This document shows positions 42,378 through 52,306 of a stretch of DNA of 57,021 nt, piece by piece. The stretch lies in the NCBI GenBank assembly GCA_044341215.1, contig JBIISC010000004.1:1-57021 (forward strand), in the 5' to 3' direction. Within the stretch, counting starts at the first letter, position 1. Every line of letters starts with the position of its first letter. The stretch is from Candidatus Nanopelagicales bacterium (GTDB lineage Bacteria > Actinomycetota > Actinomycetes > S36-B12 > UBA5976). The notes under the pieces were generated by a model, which was not told the DNA's origin, searched no databases, and saw only the letters and a list, made by a program, of their open reading frames with translations. Made by a program: the position numbers and the translations under genes.

Positions 42378-42719
42378 TTAGAGGTCGCGCACAACTTGCA
42401 GGTGCCCGCGGCGCCCAGAGTTCTCAAGCTCGTCCGCTTTTTGGCTCGAATGCGCAGAGTCACGTACTGCCTGAGCCAACAGTTCAAGGTCAGCTGTGCT
42501 CGGTTTGAGAGATTGTGGGTCAGTTTCAAGTTTGACCAATTCCCAGCCTCGAGGTGGAGTGGTTGCTTGGCTGTGGCTTTCGCAAAGGTCGTAGCAATGT
42601 GGTTCGTTGAATGTTGCAAGTGGTCCGAGCACCATGGTTGATTCTCCATACACATATGTCAAAGTTGCAACAGCATTCTTAGAACACAATGGCCGTGAAC
42701 ATTTGCGATTTGTACTCAC
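42378..42719 (-). CDS. DUF3499-family protein (actinobacteria-specific, Cys/His-rich)
   Basis: CSRPLCSKNAVATLTYVYGESTMVLGPLATFNEPHCYDLCESHSQ...PRGWELVKL matches the remembered DUF3499 consensus. GTG start. Confidence 0.8.
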   Translation of the reverse strand: MSTNRKCSRPLCSKNAVATLTYVYGESTMVLGPLATFNEPHCYDLCESHSQATTPPRGWELVKLETDPQSLKPSTADLELLAQAVRDSAHSSQKADELENSGRRGHLQVVRDL

Positions 42720-42725
42720 AGGGTC

Positions 42726-42731
42726 AGGTTA
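42726..42731 (-). promoter_or_regulatory. -10-like TAACCT, 6 nt upstream of the DUF3499 GTG (leaderless geometry)
   Basis: The minus strand reads TAACCT GACCCT GTG. Confidence 0.3.
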
Positions 42732-42779
42732 GGTCTAACTTTGCGATTCATAAGGATTTGACACCCGTTGACAGTGCGA

Positions 42780-44216
42780 TTAACTAATCGCCAAAGTTAG
42801 CCGAACTCCACGCGATACTTGAGATTCCGGATCTAGCATTGGCAAGACAGCACTAATTTCACCAATCGAGCTGCGTTTGGTGAAAATTGCTGTGGCATAA
42901 AACTCGCCATCTTGTGAGTCGACAGTGACAACACTTCCAGGAGGGAGCTGAGTCGCAAAAACTTGATTTACAAATTTACCCGCCACCACCGAAACGGTTC
43001 GTGACCACTTAATTTGGCCAGCAACTCTTAATGTGACTTGCAAAGTTTGATCTTGTAAACCGCCAAGGACTAAAGCAGTTTTCGTCACACCACTCGGAAC
43101 TACAAAAGTTGTTTGAGTCTTAATGGCTGGAACTCCCACTACTACTTCATAGTCACCTAATCCCCTGTTGGGGCTGAAATAACTTGCAGAAGCCAAAACT
43201 GGTTTATCGGATGAAATCGTAAGAGCGAGCGCTTCTCCACCTTGAGCTCGACTTAAATCAATCAATTTTTGCTTATTTTTAGAAAGCAGAAACCCATTTA
43301 GTCCATGCAATACAAATTCTCCCGAAGAAGTATGCGCAGTAACAGTAATTACAGCATCTTCATCTGTTGCAAGTAAATGTAATTTAGGGAAATTCGCAGT
43401 CAGAGGAATTCTGGAAATAACAATTTCTTTAGCAGAATTTTGCACTGGTGTTATATAAGAGCGTCCACGAGATTTCAAACCCTTAACAACTTCAGACTGA
43501 ACATTTGCGACAACCCGACCATCTAGTGACTTGATCAACAAACTAGCAGATTTCAATCCAGGCATAACTTCCGTTAAATCAATAATTCGAGTCGAATTTC
43601 CAGGAATCACTAAACGACGATTTTCACCCAATTCATACTGTCCTTGCGGACTAAATGCCTCAACTGCAACTACGGTGTCGGTGTTGTCTGGATTGACCAT
43701 CACCAAAGTCGCGCCATATCCCGCAGTTGTCGTTACACCGTTAAACCACCAGTTTGATTGCGGTGCACGACAAACATCTACTGCAAAACCTGGCATATTT
43801 TTTGGTGCCTCAGTTGCAAAGACAAAGTTAGAAAGTTGAGGCGAATCTTTTCCGTCTGCCAATACTCGATCTGAAGACCCTGGAGTCATTGCATAAGAGC
43901 GATAAAAGCCCTGAGCTAAGTTAAATGTGCGACCATCAACATCAACGTTCAACTCTTCTGATTCGCTATTCAATGCACCGTTGACGGTATACAAAGCAGA
44001 TTTGGCTGATGAGAACTGATTTTGCCATGCCACACATATTGAATCGTTAACAAGTTTTGGTGGAGCAAACTCAACACTTCCAACAGTCGGATTACGCCAG
44101 AAAGACAAACTTGCAGAAATTGCAATGACTGCAATTACGATAAAAATCATCAGAGATTCACTGAACAGCAATTTGATGATGTCTCGTAACTTATTCACAT
44201 ATTTAGAAATCATCAT
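42780..44216 (-). CDS. N-terminally membrane-anchored, beta-rich extracytoplasmic protein (DUF5719-like by size and position)
   Basis: 478 aa with a single N-terminal TM (IFIVIAVIAISASL) followed by a Ser/Thr/Val-rich domain. It has an ATGA overlap with the upstream GT2 gene. The family name is from memory and was not verified. Confidence 0.72.
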   Translation of the reverse strand: MMISKYVNKLRDIIKLLFSESLMIFIVIAVIAISASLSFWRNPTVGSVEFAPPKLVNDSICVAWQNQFSSAKSALYTVNGALNSESEELNVDVDGRTFNLAQGFYRSYAMTPGSSDRVLADGKDSPQLSNFVFATEAPKNMPGFAVDVCRAPQSNWWFNGVTTTAGYGATLVMVNPDNTDTVVAVEAFSPQGQYELGENRRLVIPGNSTRIIDLTEVMPGLKSASLLIKSLDGRVVANVQSEVVKGLKSRGRSYITPVQNSAKEIVISRIPLTANFPKLHLLATDEDAVITVTAHTSSGEFVLHGLNGFLLSKNKQKLIDLSRAQGGEALALTISSDKPVLASASYFSPNRGLGDYEVVVGVPAIKTQTTFVVPSGVTKTALVLGGLQDQTLQVTLRVAGQIKWSRTVSVVAGKFVNQVFATQLPPGSVVTVDSQDGEFYATAIFTKRSSIGEISAVLPMLDPESQVSRGVRLTLAIS

Positions 44217-47200
44217 TCATCCAGCCATTCATCGCGATAACTGTGTCTACGTCGAGGAGCTAGCACAACCAATAAAGCAAGCAGAGTACTGAACGCAATG
44301 ACCAGCCATCCCAGCCTTCTACCACTATCGAATTGGATGACGATTTCGCCTGATCCCCGTTTTGGTATTTTCCAAGCCAGGGTTTCGCCTTCGATGGTTT
44401 TCAATACTTTCCCATCCAAGGTTGCCACCCACTGATCTGAAGTGCGATCTGCAAGCCGTAGTTCACGGACAAATTCACTTGGCGTGATTACTCCCTTGAC
44501 GTCTGGTGGCAGCGGGGATCGTTGAATATCTGGAAGTGCAAATTCGTCAATTCCATCTGACACATATGCACGCGATTGCACGTCTGTTAAGCGCCAAATA
44601 TTTAGCAACTTGGAATTTCGCGCTGTAATTAGCCGCTCTAGATTTCCCCGAGACGAAACTCGGTTAAGCGCGTCATCTTCAAATGGAACAGCGACATATC
44701 CAATGCCAAGTTTGCGAAGTGGATTTTCCAATGAAGTGTCATATCCATTTAGCCAAGCAGCAACTCGTTGAGACAACACAACCTTGTCATTGGTATCGAC
44801 TATTTCTTTGTCTCCCAAAATTCGTAGTCGGCCATCCAATATCTCCACCGCTATTGCGCCATCAGCTTCGGTCGAAACGAGTAGGGTGCGAAGGCGAAGC
44901 GGGTCGGTAAATCCACGCAAAGTGCTGCCAGATATTTCTGACTCTCTGCGTAACCCAGTGGATAAATCTGCAGTAATGCTATTTTGAATCAAACCAACAA
45001 GAGGCATCGCCGTAATCAATATTGCTGCAACTGCCGTTGATATTTGCCGCCAACCAAAATCTGTTCGGTCAAGTTGAACCCGGATGCTTGATGCGCTTGC
45101 TGCAAGGCACAAAATCATCGCACCGTTTGCCGCAATAGCCGCAACTGAAAGTGATGGCTGCACGATTGCGTCGTTGACAATAGTTGCAACTAATTGACCA
45201 ACCAAGCTCACGCTAACAATCACTGCAATGAACGACCAGGCGATTGTGCTGATGCGATTAGTTCGTCGATCCAAGAGCGAAACCAAAGCCACCAGAAATA
45301 GTGCAAAGCTCCACCACCAACCAGTGTGCTGATGGCTCTGGCTCGACCCAAAGAGAACACTCCAAGCTGGTGCAATTTCTCTAGCACTGGCACCGAATTC
45401 CATAAACCAACGCACTGGATGAGAAATTACCTCTAACGACCAAGGTGCGGTTAGTAGAACAGAACCTAAGAAAATCGATAGGAAACGAATTCGAACTTTG
45501 CGATCTGCACCAGTTTGTTTAAGTTGGTAGGCAATAACTGCAATAAATACAAACCAGATTGCGGGCCAAATACTTGCCAATATTGCCGTCGTCATGGCAG
45601 CTAGTGCGGCAGCTCGCCAACTAATCAAAGCTCTTCTCAATAGCAAGATAGTTGGTGGCAGCAAAATTGCGGAAATGATTAGAGCGATATCTCCGCCGCT
45701 AATTGCCCCGGTCATTGTTGGTGACAATCCATACAAACCAGCAAGCCAAACTCGAGTTCCAGCATGTGGTAAGAAACTTCGAAGTGATAAGTGCAATGAC
45801 AAAGCTGCAAACCATGCACCCAGTGCAGACAAGATAACTACAAAAGTAGCCGGATTGTTAAAAGTAAAAATGGAAAATAAGGCAATTACTGCTTGCAGCG
45901 GATGCGAAGCGCCAGTTGATCCCATTCCAACCGCATGCCAATTCGCTACGAACTCATTCCATAAAACACTAGTGTCAGTCGGTATTACGCCAGTTGAATT
46001 TGAAATTACCTGTTGGCCATACCAGGCTGAACGCGATGCGATAACACCCCAAGTAATTGAAAGCGCAGCCAAGATGGAACTCGGCTTCTTTGCAATTGCA
46101 ATTGCGGCGGCTTTCCAGCCAAGTTCGCTCGCGTCTGGTCGGTTTGGGAAAATTGAATTAAGTATTCGATCGGAGTTTTCAGAAATCGCCTCAGCAACTT
46201 CGGTTGCCGCAAAACTCACTTGCTGATTGAAGCGTGGTCTGATTCCCCTGCGCATTGGCAAAGGTCCAACGGCCAGACGCAAATCTTTGATTCGTCCACG
46301 ACTAAGAAGCGCAGAAATAGTTGCGCGCCACTCGTCGCGGGCAGCTGCTAAATCTTGAACAAGTAAATAACCAATACCGCGAAAGATTCCAGAAATTAGT
46401 AGCAGTAAATAACGTGCCCAAAGCCATTTGAATGGCGTTCTAGACAAGATTAGAAGTGCGCCAGCTTTTCTATCAAGGAAATGTGGCGAACCTTTCTCGC
46501 CGGTTTGTTTACGCAACTCACGAACAGACGCCGCTGCATGCCGAATTCGAGATTCTGGGGCAACAACAACTTCTTGTCCGTTTTCCCAAACTCGCCAGCA
46601 AAATTCCAATTCACTTCGGTAATGTGGAATTTGCGTTGTAAAGCCACCTAATTGCGCAAAGGTGTCTACGCGAGCCAACATACCTGCACTACTTACGCTG
46701 TGGCTAAAGTGGATTCGATCATGTTGACCTTGATCTAGCTCCCCATGTTCAAGAACTGTAAAGCGCGTTCCGATTGCTGTAATGGATGAATCAACCTCAA
46801 GAACGTGTTCGCTGTCATTCCAGTCAATAACTTTGCTACCAATAACACTTGCATTTGGATTTAAGTTTGCAGCATGCAGCAAATTTTCAAGAGCATCGAT
46901 TTCCGGAGCTGAGTCGTCGTGCAAAATCCACAACCAATGAACATGCCCTGGTCGATCATCAGCTTCTTTCAGACACGCGTTTGCAGCCATGCTTTGGGTA
47001 CTACCTGCAGGAAGGTGCACAATGAAATTCGCACCAGCACTTTGCAACAAAGTGACTGATGCGTCAGTGCTTTCAATATCGGCAGCCACAAATTGATCTA
47101 CTGGGCGCGATTGGCTGCGAAGATTCTTCAGTGTTGAAGGTAGCCACTCTGCACCATTTTGACTTATGACTACCGCAGTTACAAAGTGGAGGATTTCAAT

Positions 47201-47278
47201 AGGTGGGGTTTCGCTCTGCTCTTCTTCAATCCAGAAAAATGGATTTTCTGGATTTGTGGCGGTTCCCGCTTCAAACAT
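44213..47278 (-). CDS. Family-2 glycosyltransferase fused to a large polytopic membrane domain and a C-terminal extracytoplasmic domain
   Basis: 1021 aa with an N-terminal GT-A fold (VVISQNG..., DxD-like WILHDDS). It has more than 10 hydrophobic segments between roughly residues 290 and 760, and a terminal TM anchor. Confidence 0.88.
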   Translation of the reverse strand: MFEAGTATNPENPFFWIEEEQSETPPIEILHFVTAVVISQNGAEWLPSTLKNLRSQSRPVDQFVAADIESTDASVTLLQSAGANFIVHLPAGSTQSMAANACLKEADDRPGHVHWLWILHDDSAPEIDALENLLHAANLNPNASVIGSKVIDWNDSEHVLEVDSSITAIGTRFTVLEHGELDQGQHDRIHFSHSVSSAGMLARVDTFAQLGGFTTQIPHYRSELEFCWRVWENGQEVVVAPESRIRHAAASVRELRKQTGEKGSPHFLDRKAGALLILSRTPFKWLWARYLLLLISGIFRGIGYLLVQDLAAARDEWRATISALLSRGRIKDLRLAVGPLPMRRGIRPRFNQQVSFAATEVAEAISENSDRILNSIFPNRPDASELGWKAAAIAIAKKPSSILAALSITWGVIASRSAWYGQQVISNSTGVIPTDTSVLWNEFVANWHAVGMGSTGASHPLQAVIALFSIFTFNNPATFVVILSALGAWFAALSLHLSLRSFLPHAGTRVWLAGLYGLSPTMTGAISGGDIALIISAILLPPTILLLRRALISWRAAALAAMTTAILASIWPAIWFVFIAVIAYQLKQTGADRKVRIRFLSIFLGSVLLTAPWSLEVISHPVRWFMEFGASAREIAPAWSVLFGSSQSHQHTGWWWSFALFLVALVSLLDRRTNRISTIAWSFIAVIVSVSLVGQLVATIVNDAIVQPSLSVAAIAANGAMILCLAASASSIRVQLDRTDFGWRQISTAVAAILITAMPLVGLIQNSITADLSTGLRRESEISGSTLRGFTDPLRLRTLLVSTEADGAIAVEILDGRLRILGDKEIVDTNDKVVLSQRVAAWLNGYDTSLENPLRKLGIGYVAVPFEDDALNRVSSRGNLERLITARNSKLLNIWRLTDVQSRAYVSDGIDEFALPDIQRSPLPPDVKGVITPSEFVRELRLADRTSDQWVATLDGKVLKTIEGETLAWKIPKRGSGEIVIQFDSGRRLGWLVIAFSTLLALLVVLAPRRRHSYRDEWLDE

Positions 47279-47332
47279 GGTGCTATCTAAGCAATCAGCT
47301 TAAGGATTACCAAAGTGGGCTTTGAAATCTAG

Positions 47333-47584
47333 TTAGCTCGCGCGCTTAATGCGGCGACGCTCACGCTCAGACAGGCCGCCCCAGATGCCGAAACGCTCAT
47401 CGTTAGCCAAGGCGTATTCGAGGCACTCAGCCTTAACGTCACATGACAGGCAGACCTTCTTGGCTTCACGAGTGCTGCCACCTTTTTCTGGGAAGAAGGC
47501 TTCAGGATCTGTTTGAGCGCACAGCGCATTCTCTTGCCAAGATAGGGCAGGTTCGCCTTCAGGCGCAAACAATTCTTCAGACAC
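47333..47584 (-). CDS. whiB2: WhiB-family Fe-S transcription factor (WhiB/WhiB2/WhmD orthologue by synteny)
   Basis: 83 aa with four Cys (C22, C45, C48, C54) and GIWGGLSERERRRIKR. GTG start with GAGGAG 7 nt upstream. Confidence 0.95.
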   Translation of the reverse strand: MSEELFAPEGEPALSWQENALCAQTDPEAFFPEKGGSTREAKKVCLSCDVKAECLEYALANDERFGIWGGLSERERRRIKRAS

Positions 47585-47744
47585 AAAACTCTCCTCTTAC
47601 GAAAGTGCTAGGGCGAATTACACCCTTGTCATTCCACTTTGGTCAAGTCCGTGAGTGCTGAAACTAAACAATTTAAGAACAATTCACCCAATTTCCTGTG
47701 CATAAGTCGGAATTTGGTCCTTTTCTACTGTGAATAACCAAAAT

Positions 47745-48785
47745 TCACATTATTTGGCCGTCAAGTCCAACCTTCGATCCATCTGGTAGCGACTGTCCGA
47801 TAGTCACCCCATCTGCCACAACCACTTTGTTGAGGGTTACCCCGGATGCGATGGTTACACCATTACCAATTATTGAGTTTGTAATAGTTACATTTTGCAA
47901 AATCGAACAATCATTCATCACAACAGAACCGAAAATGCTTGAGTTGTTTGCAATTGAACTTCGCTCCCCGATTGCAGTTCCACCTGAAATTTCCGAACCA
48001 GTTTCAACTTTTGCCGTTGCTGAAATTAGCGATTGGCCAACTTGCGAAACTAACGGTGAGTTACAAATACCTTTAACAACATCAATATTTCCCTTTAAGA
48101 AACTTTCAGCAGTTCCAAGATCTAGCCAGTATGCATTTTCAATAAATCCTGTTATCGGTTGATTGGCATCAAGTAAGTTTGGGAAAACTTCGCGTTCGAC
48201 CGAGACAACTTGGTTTGGCCTAATCGAATCAATTACATCTCGTCTAAATATGTAGCAGCCAGCATTAACTTCATTCGTAATAATTTCTGCATCATTGGTC
48301 GGTTTTTCAAGGAATTGTGTGACAAACCCTTTGCTATCTGTCGGGACCAAACCAAAAGGTCTTGGGTCGGCAACCTCAATCAGGTGCAATGAAACTGCAG
48401 CTTGTTTTGCCTTGAAATCGGCTAACTGCGCTTCTAGGGAATGGCCACTGAGAATATCGCCATTGAAGATGAAGATTGCTTCATCACCTTTGGACTCTAA
48501 AACACTTGAGACGTTACGAATCGCACCGCCAGTGCCAAGAGGGCTTGATTCGGTTACATATTGAATCTCAATTCCAAATTTCGAGCCATCTGCGAAGTAG
48601 TTGGAAAAGACTTCTGACTTATAGCTCGTACTCAAGATGACCTTGGTGATTCCAGCTGCTTTCGCTTTTGCTATCTGATGAGCTGTGAACGGCACATTCG
48701 CCACCGGCAACATTGGTTTTGGGGTGGTCAGTGTCAATGGAGAGAGTCGGGTGCCTTGACCCCCAACTAGCAAGATTGCTTCCAC
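47745..48785 (-). CDS. manC: Mannose-1-phosphate guanylyltransferase-type NDP-sugar pyrophosphorylase
   Basis: N-terminal LLVGGQGTRLSPLT nucleotidyltransferase motif and a C-terminal left-handed beta-helix. Sugar specificity is inferred from synteny only. Confidence 0.85.
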   Translation of the reverse strand: MEAILLVGGQGTRLSPLTLTTPKPMLPVANVPFTAHQIAKAKAAGITKVILSTSYKSEVFSNYFADGSKFGIEIQYVTESSPLGTGGAIRNVSSVLESKGDEAIFIFNGDILSGHSLEAQLADFKAKQAAVSLHLIEVADPRPFGLVPTDSKGFVTQFLEKPTNDAEIITNEVNAGCYIFRRDVIDSIRPNQVVSVEREVFPNLLDANQPITGFIENAYWLDLGTAESFLKGNIDVVKGICNSPLVSQVGQSLISATAKVETGSEISGGTAIGERSSIANNSSIFGSVVMNDCSILQNVTITNSIIGNGVTIASGVTLNKVVVADGVTIGQSLPDGSKVGLDGQIM

Positions 48786-48811
48786 TCACCCTCCCGAATC
48801 AACTAAATACT

Positions 48812-51800
48812 TTAAGAACGTCGAACTTTAGTGACAAAGACTTCATCGGCGTCAAGGCTCACGATTACCGTTGAAAGAGGTTGACGACGAAGCCACTTAA
48901 TGGCTCGGACTCGAATCGAATCTTGGTCGTAAATTACTGGAAAACCTGTTGCCGCCAACAGTAAAGTTTTCCAAACTGGAGTTTCTTCATCAGCAATCAC
49001 CAAGCCACGGGTTGTGGTTTGATTTTGATACAGAGCGTTAAGTGTTGCTTCACCAAGATCTTCGGTGTTAATTCGCTTCACATTATCAATTGCGGCAAGT
49101 GCAGCATTGGAAATGTCATCCGGTGATCCAACTGCAATGACATCTGGTTCAGTAGCTTGCAATAGATACTGTGCTGTCTGTAGGTTTAAAAGTCCTTCCC
49201 CTGTCAATAGCAATGGCCTCTTGGTCCGAACGCTAAGTGAAGTGGCGACTGACAACTGCTGAGCATTGCTCGCATTCACCAGCACATATTTCTGGCCAGT
49301 CAAATTGGCAAGCGACTCGGCAACTAGCTGAGCAGTTTCAAATTCGTCGCTACCTGAATAACTAACAACCGTTTTGCCAGCAGATTGAAGTGCCGAAAGA
49401 ATCTCTGCATCTATTGAACCGACAACCATTACTTCTGTTACCAAGTTTGTGTTTACAAAATCCATGACTCGACTTGCATCGTTGGTGGTTTTTGTCACCA
49501 TAATCGCTGATTTATTGATTCCAGCAAGTGAAGATGCGATTGCTAAGTTGCTTTGCGATGTCGAGTTATTTTGCACCAAAACTAACTTGGTTGCAGTCGC
49601 ACCAGGAATTTTGGCAAATCCCAAACTTCTTTCGCTCAGAACAGCTTTTGAAAAACTAGGAGCGGCAGTTTCGGCAAAAGAAACTAGCGCTTTCCATATC
49701 CAAGTACTTTGTAATGAATCACCGTCTACTGACTGGACTCGGGAACGAAACTTTTCGCCAGAAATTGTGGCTGAAGCGCCACTTGTTGAAAAAGCAACTG
49801 CAGTTTTAATTCCGCCAGAAACATACCGATCAGACAAATCAAGGTAAGCGACATCTGTGAGACCAAATGCGGCTGCGAGAGTTTGTTGCGAACGCACGCG
49901 CGGACTCCAAACACTTACCGAAACTGCAGCCTCAGGCATCAAAGACCAAGGGTCTGGCACAGCGCGGTAATAAGGGCGGGCAGTTCCGCCCCAAACATCT
50001 TCATTGTTTTGCGTATAGCCACCGGTTGCTGCGGCATAGAATGTTTGAACGACTTTTCCGTTGTATTGAACGTAACTACTATGCGTTTGATCCACCGTAC
50101 TCGAATCAACTGCAGCTTTCCAACGTTCACCGCCACCGCTATTGATCTTCGACCAACCGACATAATTTTGATCTCTGATGTCATCGTAAATCATGCAATC
50201 GCATGCACCCATACGATTGTTCAAAGTACCATCACCGTTGTAGGCGCGGTTGTAAGCAAATGAACGAGCCGCAATAGCTTGTGCAATTAAAGATTCAGTT
50301 GGCCAAGAATTAGAAACTTCACCAATTCCATATATGTATTCATCATGCAAACTAACCCGGTTGGTTACTTGCATTCCTGAAACAAAGGTATCGGTGGCTT
50401 CTGCAGCTTTAATCCGTAAATTCCCGTATCTATACAACCGGCCACTAGTTGTAGTTTCATTTGGTCCGATTACTTGAATTGCAGATGGAGTTGTTCCTAA
50501 ATCTGTGTCGAACCTTGTTCCACTCCAAGTAGCAATAACTTTTGAAGTCGGCCCAAGAGTTTGATTTTTACTTGTTGCCACTGAAACTTTAATTGCATTT
50601 GCATCAAAGCTGAATGTGGCAGTTTCGTTTGCGGTGAGATTGATTTCAGATCCGCCGTCAGCAGTTAAGCGCCAAGTTCCAATATCGCCATCGACTTCAC
50701 GCAATCTCAATGTGAGACTGCGAATGCGATTTTGAAGTGAAACCCAAACGTCGGCATCGTCAACTGCAGATCCGATTTGGGAGCCACTGAAATAGAACGT
50801 CAGAATCTCGGCAGCGGTTTTCCCGGCTGTCGCCATTGCGTACGCACCCCACTGGGACATTCCAATTCCATGGCCCCAGCCACTTCCGCTAAAGGAGAAA
50901 TTCACAGGTGCGGTTAAAGCGGCAATCTCCGGCATCTCGAGTGAATCGACCACGCGAGGTGCATCACGTTTGTAGATTTCACGAGCATACGACGCAACTC
51001 GGGAATCCGAGAGGGTGGTTTGAAAATCTGTTGAAAATACCTTTTGAATATAAGGACGGGTTGCAATGTATGCCAGGTCGAAATCACTTACAGATTTACC
51101 TATCGGCCAAATTGAAACTGGATTCGCGGTCGAAACTAGATCCAGCACTGCAACAGCCGAATTCTGATCTCTCAAAAACAAGGTGTTCGGCTGCGAATCA
51201 AGCAGACCTAAAAGGTTTAGGGAAAGTTCTTTCGAATCTGCTGCAAAGACCCGAGAAAAGCCAGTAAATTTCAAGAGCACCGAGTCTGCAATATTGATTT
51301 GGTTTGCAACTGCAGTGCCGCTAGTAATTTGTAAAGTCGAAAGAATTTGTTTTGAAGTCTTGTTTCCAGTCGCAGATACCGGAATTAGTGGGACTCGCTT
51401 TGCGTTCGCAAATGCCAAACTCTGGAGCAGGGTTTTTGAATCTTGCGAATAGTTAGTCAGTACGGCAGAGCTAAAAGGTTCGCCTGTCCAACCACTCCAA
51501 AGCAGGCTAGAAAGATCTAGTACATCTGATGCGTCAAATCTCTTTATCCGAATTGAAGCCAACTTCAAGGCTTTAGCAACTTCAGTTGAAATCATCGCCT
51601 TTGACCCAACAATTTTTACCTGTGTGATTTCACGTCGTTGGATTTCTCTCCATGCGGATTTAGACAAAGTTTTACCATTAGTAGCAAGCACTATCTGATC
51701 AGTCACGGTGGCATAGTTCGTGGCGAGTGCAGCGACGCTTTTCGAATCTGGGCTATACGCAAACAATACTGCTGAGATGCTTTCCGTAGGGTTCAACTTT

Positions 51801-52306
51801 GCCGCATTGTTAATCGCAGTAATTTGGCTGCCAATTGAATTTGCACTTACAACTCTGGTTGCGTTGGTGCATAAAACTTCATTATGAGTTGCAGGATGAG
51901 ATGCGCTTACAACTTTTAAATATTGTTTTTTAACAGTACCCGACTTACTTCCAACTGAAGGTGTCACAACTACCTGGAACGGACCAGCTACTAAATCTTC
52001 TGTGACATCGGTTTCGAAACTTGCATCAAATTCCCCAGCGGCACTTTTTTCACCCATTTTTGAAACAACTGTTTCGCCAGTGCAAAGATTTACTAAATCA
52101 ACCCGCCATTTACCAGCGTTATCTAAGTTAGCTTTGATGTTTAAAGGCTCGGCTGAGAGATTCCAGACTTCTGGGGTGACTTTCACATTGTTTACATTTG
52201 GCGCTTCAACAGCAGTGGATGTCGTGACTCCAAGTAGTAATGAAAAAATTACGCCAAAGCCAACTATCGCATAAAGCTGCGAGTTCAGTTTTGGCATTGC
52301 AAACAT
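48812..52306 (-). CDS. Secreted SpoIID/LytB-domain protein flanked by putative cell-wall-binding repeat regions
   Basis: Signal peptide MFAMPKLNSQLYAIVGFGVIFSLLLGVTTSTAVEA. SpoIID hallmarks are GWGHGIGMSQWGAYAMA and EYIYGIGEVSNSWPTESLIAQAIAARSFA. I chose the ATG at 52306, with GGAGG 10 nt upstream. Confidence 0.88.
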   Translation of the reverse strand: MFAMPKLNSQLYAIVGFGVIFSLLLGVTTSTAVEAPNVNNVKVTPEVWNLSAEPLNIKANLDNAGKWRVDLVNLCTGETVVSKMGEKSAAGEFDASFETDVTEDLVAGPFQVVVTPSVGSKSGTVKKQYLKVVSASHPATHNEVLCTNATRVVSANSIGSQITAINNAAKLNPTESISAVLFAYSPDSKSVAALATNYATVTDQIVLATNGKTLSKSAWREIQRREITQVKIVGSKAMISTEVAKALKLASIRIKRFDASDVLDLSSLLWSGWTGEPFSSAVLTNYSQDSKTLLQSLAFANAKRVPLIPVSATGNKTSKQILSTLQITSGTAVANQINIADSVLLKFTGFSRVFAADSKELSLNLLGLLDSQPNTLFLRDQNSAVAVLDLVSTANPVSIWPIGKSVSDFDLAYIATRPYIQKVFSTDFQTTLSDSRVASYAREIYKRDAPRVVDSLEMPEIAALTAPVNFSFSGSGWGHGIGMSQWGAYAMATAGKTAAEILTFYFSGSQIGSAVDDADVWVSLQNRIRSLTLRLREVDGDIGTWRLTADGGSEINLTANETATFSFDANAIKVSVATSKNQTLGPTSKVIATWSGTRFDTDLGTTPSAIQVIGPNETTTSGRLYRYGNLRIKAAEATDTFVSGMQVTNRVSLHDEYIYGIGEVSNSWPTESLIAQAIAARSFAYNRAYNGDGTLNNRMGACDCMIYDDIRDQNYVGWSKINSGGGERWKAAVDSSTVDQTHSSYVQYNGKVVQTFYAAATGGYTQNNEDVWGGTARPYYRAVPDPWSLMPEAAVSVSVWSPRVRSQQTLAAAFGLTDVAYLDLSDRYVSGGIKTAVAFSTSGASATISGEKFRSRVQSVDGDSLQSTWIWKALVSFAETAAPSFSKAVLSERSLGFAKIPGATATKLVLVQNNSTSQSNLAIASSLAGINKSAIMVTKTTNDASRVMDFVNTNLVTEVMVVGSIDAEILSALQSAGKTVVSYSGSDEFETAQLVAESLANLTGQKYVLVNASNAQQLSVATSLSVRTKRPLLLTGEGLLNLQTAQYLLQATEPDVIAVGSPDDISNAALAAIDNVKRINTEDLGEATLNALYQNQTTTRGLVIADEETPVWKTLLLAATGFPVIYDQDSIRVRAIKWLRRQPLSTVIVSLDADEVFVTKVRRS

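Noticed and set aside
45594-46226. Long antisense ORFs inside well-supported genes: 45594-46226 (210 aa), 17285-17839 (184 aa), 38956-39399 (147 aa), 38002-38439 (145 aa), 5548-5970 (140 aa) and 49449-49847 (132 aa).
   Set aside because: Each lies wholly within, and opposite to, a gene with unmistakable conserved motifs. Their translations are low-complexity (Ser/Ala/Pro/Thr-rich) with no recognisable domains or SD or promoter signals. This is typical of shadow ORFs.
47329-47586. An 85-aa ORF in an alternative frame overlapping the whiB locus.
   Set aside because: The neighbouring frame (47333-47584) encodes a textbook WhiB protein with four Cys and GIWGG, and has a GAGGAG SD. The 85-aa frame has no recognisable features.
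50700-50900. In the SpoIID protein the GHGIGMSQWGA motif precedes the EY..G..E...W...AQAIAAR motif. I considered a domain permutation.
   Set aside because: As far as I recall, actinobacterial SpoIID/LytB-domain proteins commonly show this order. Without a profile alignment I cannot call it unusual.
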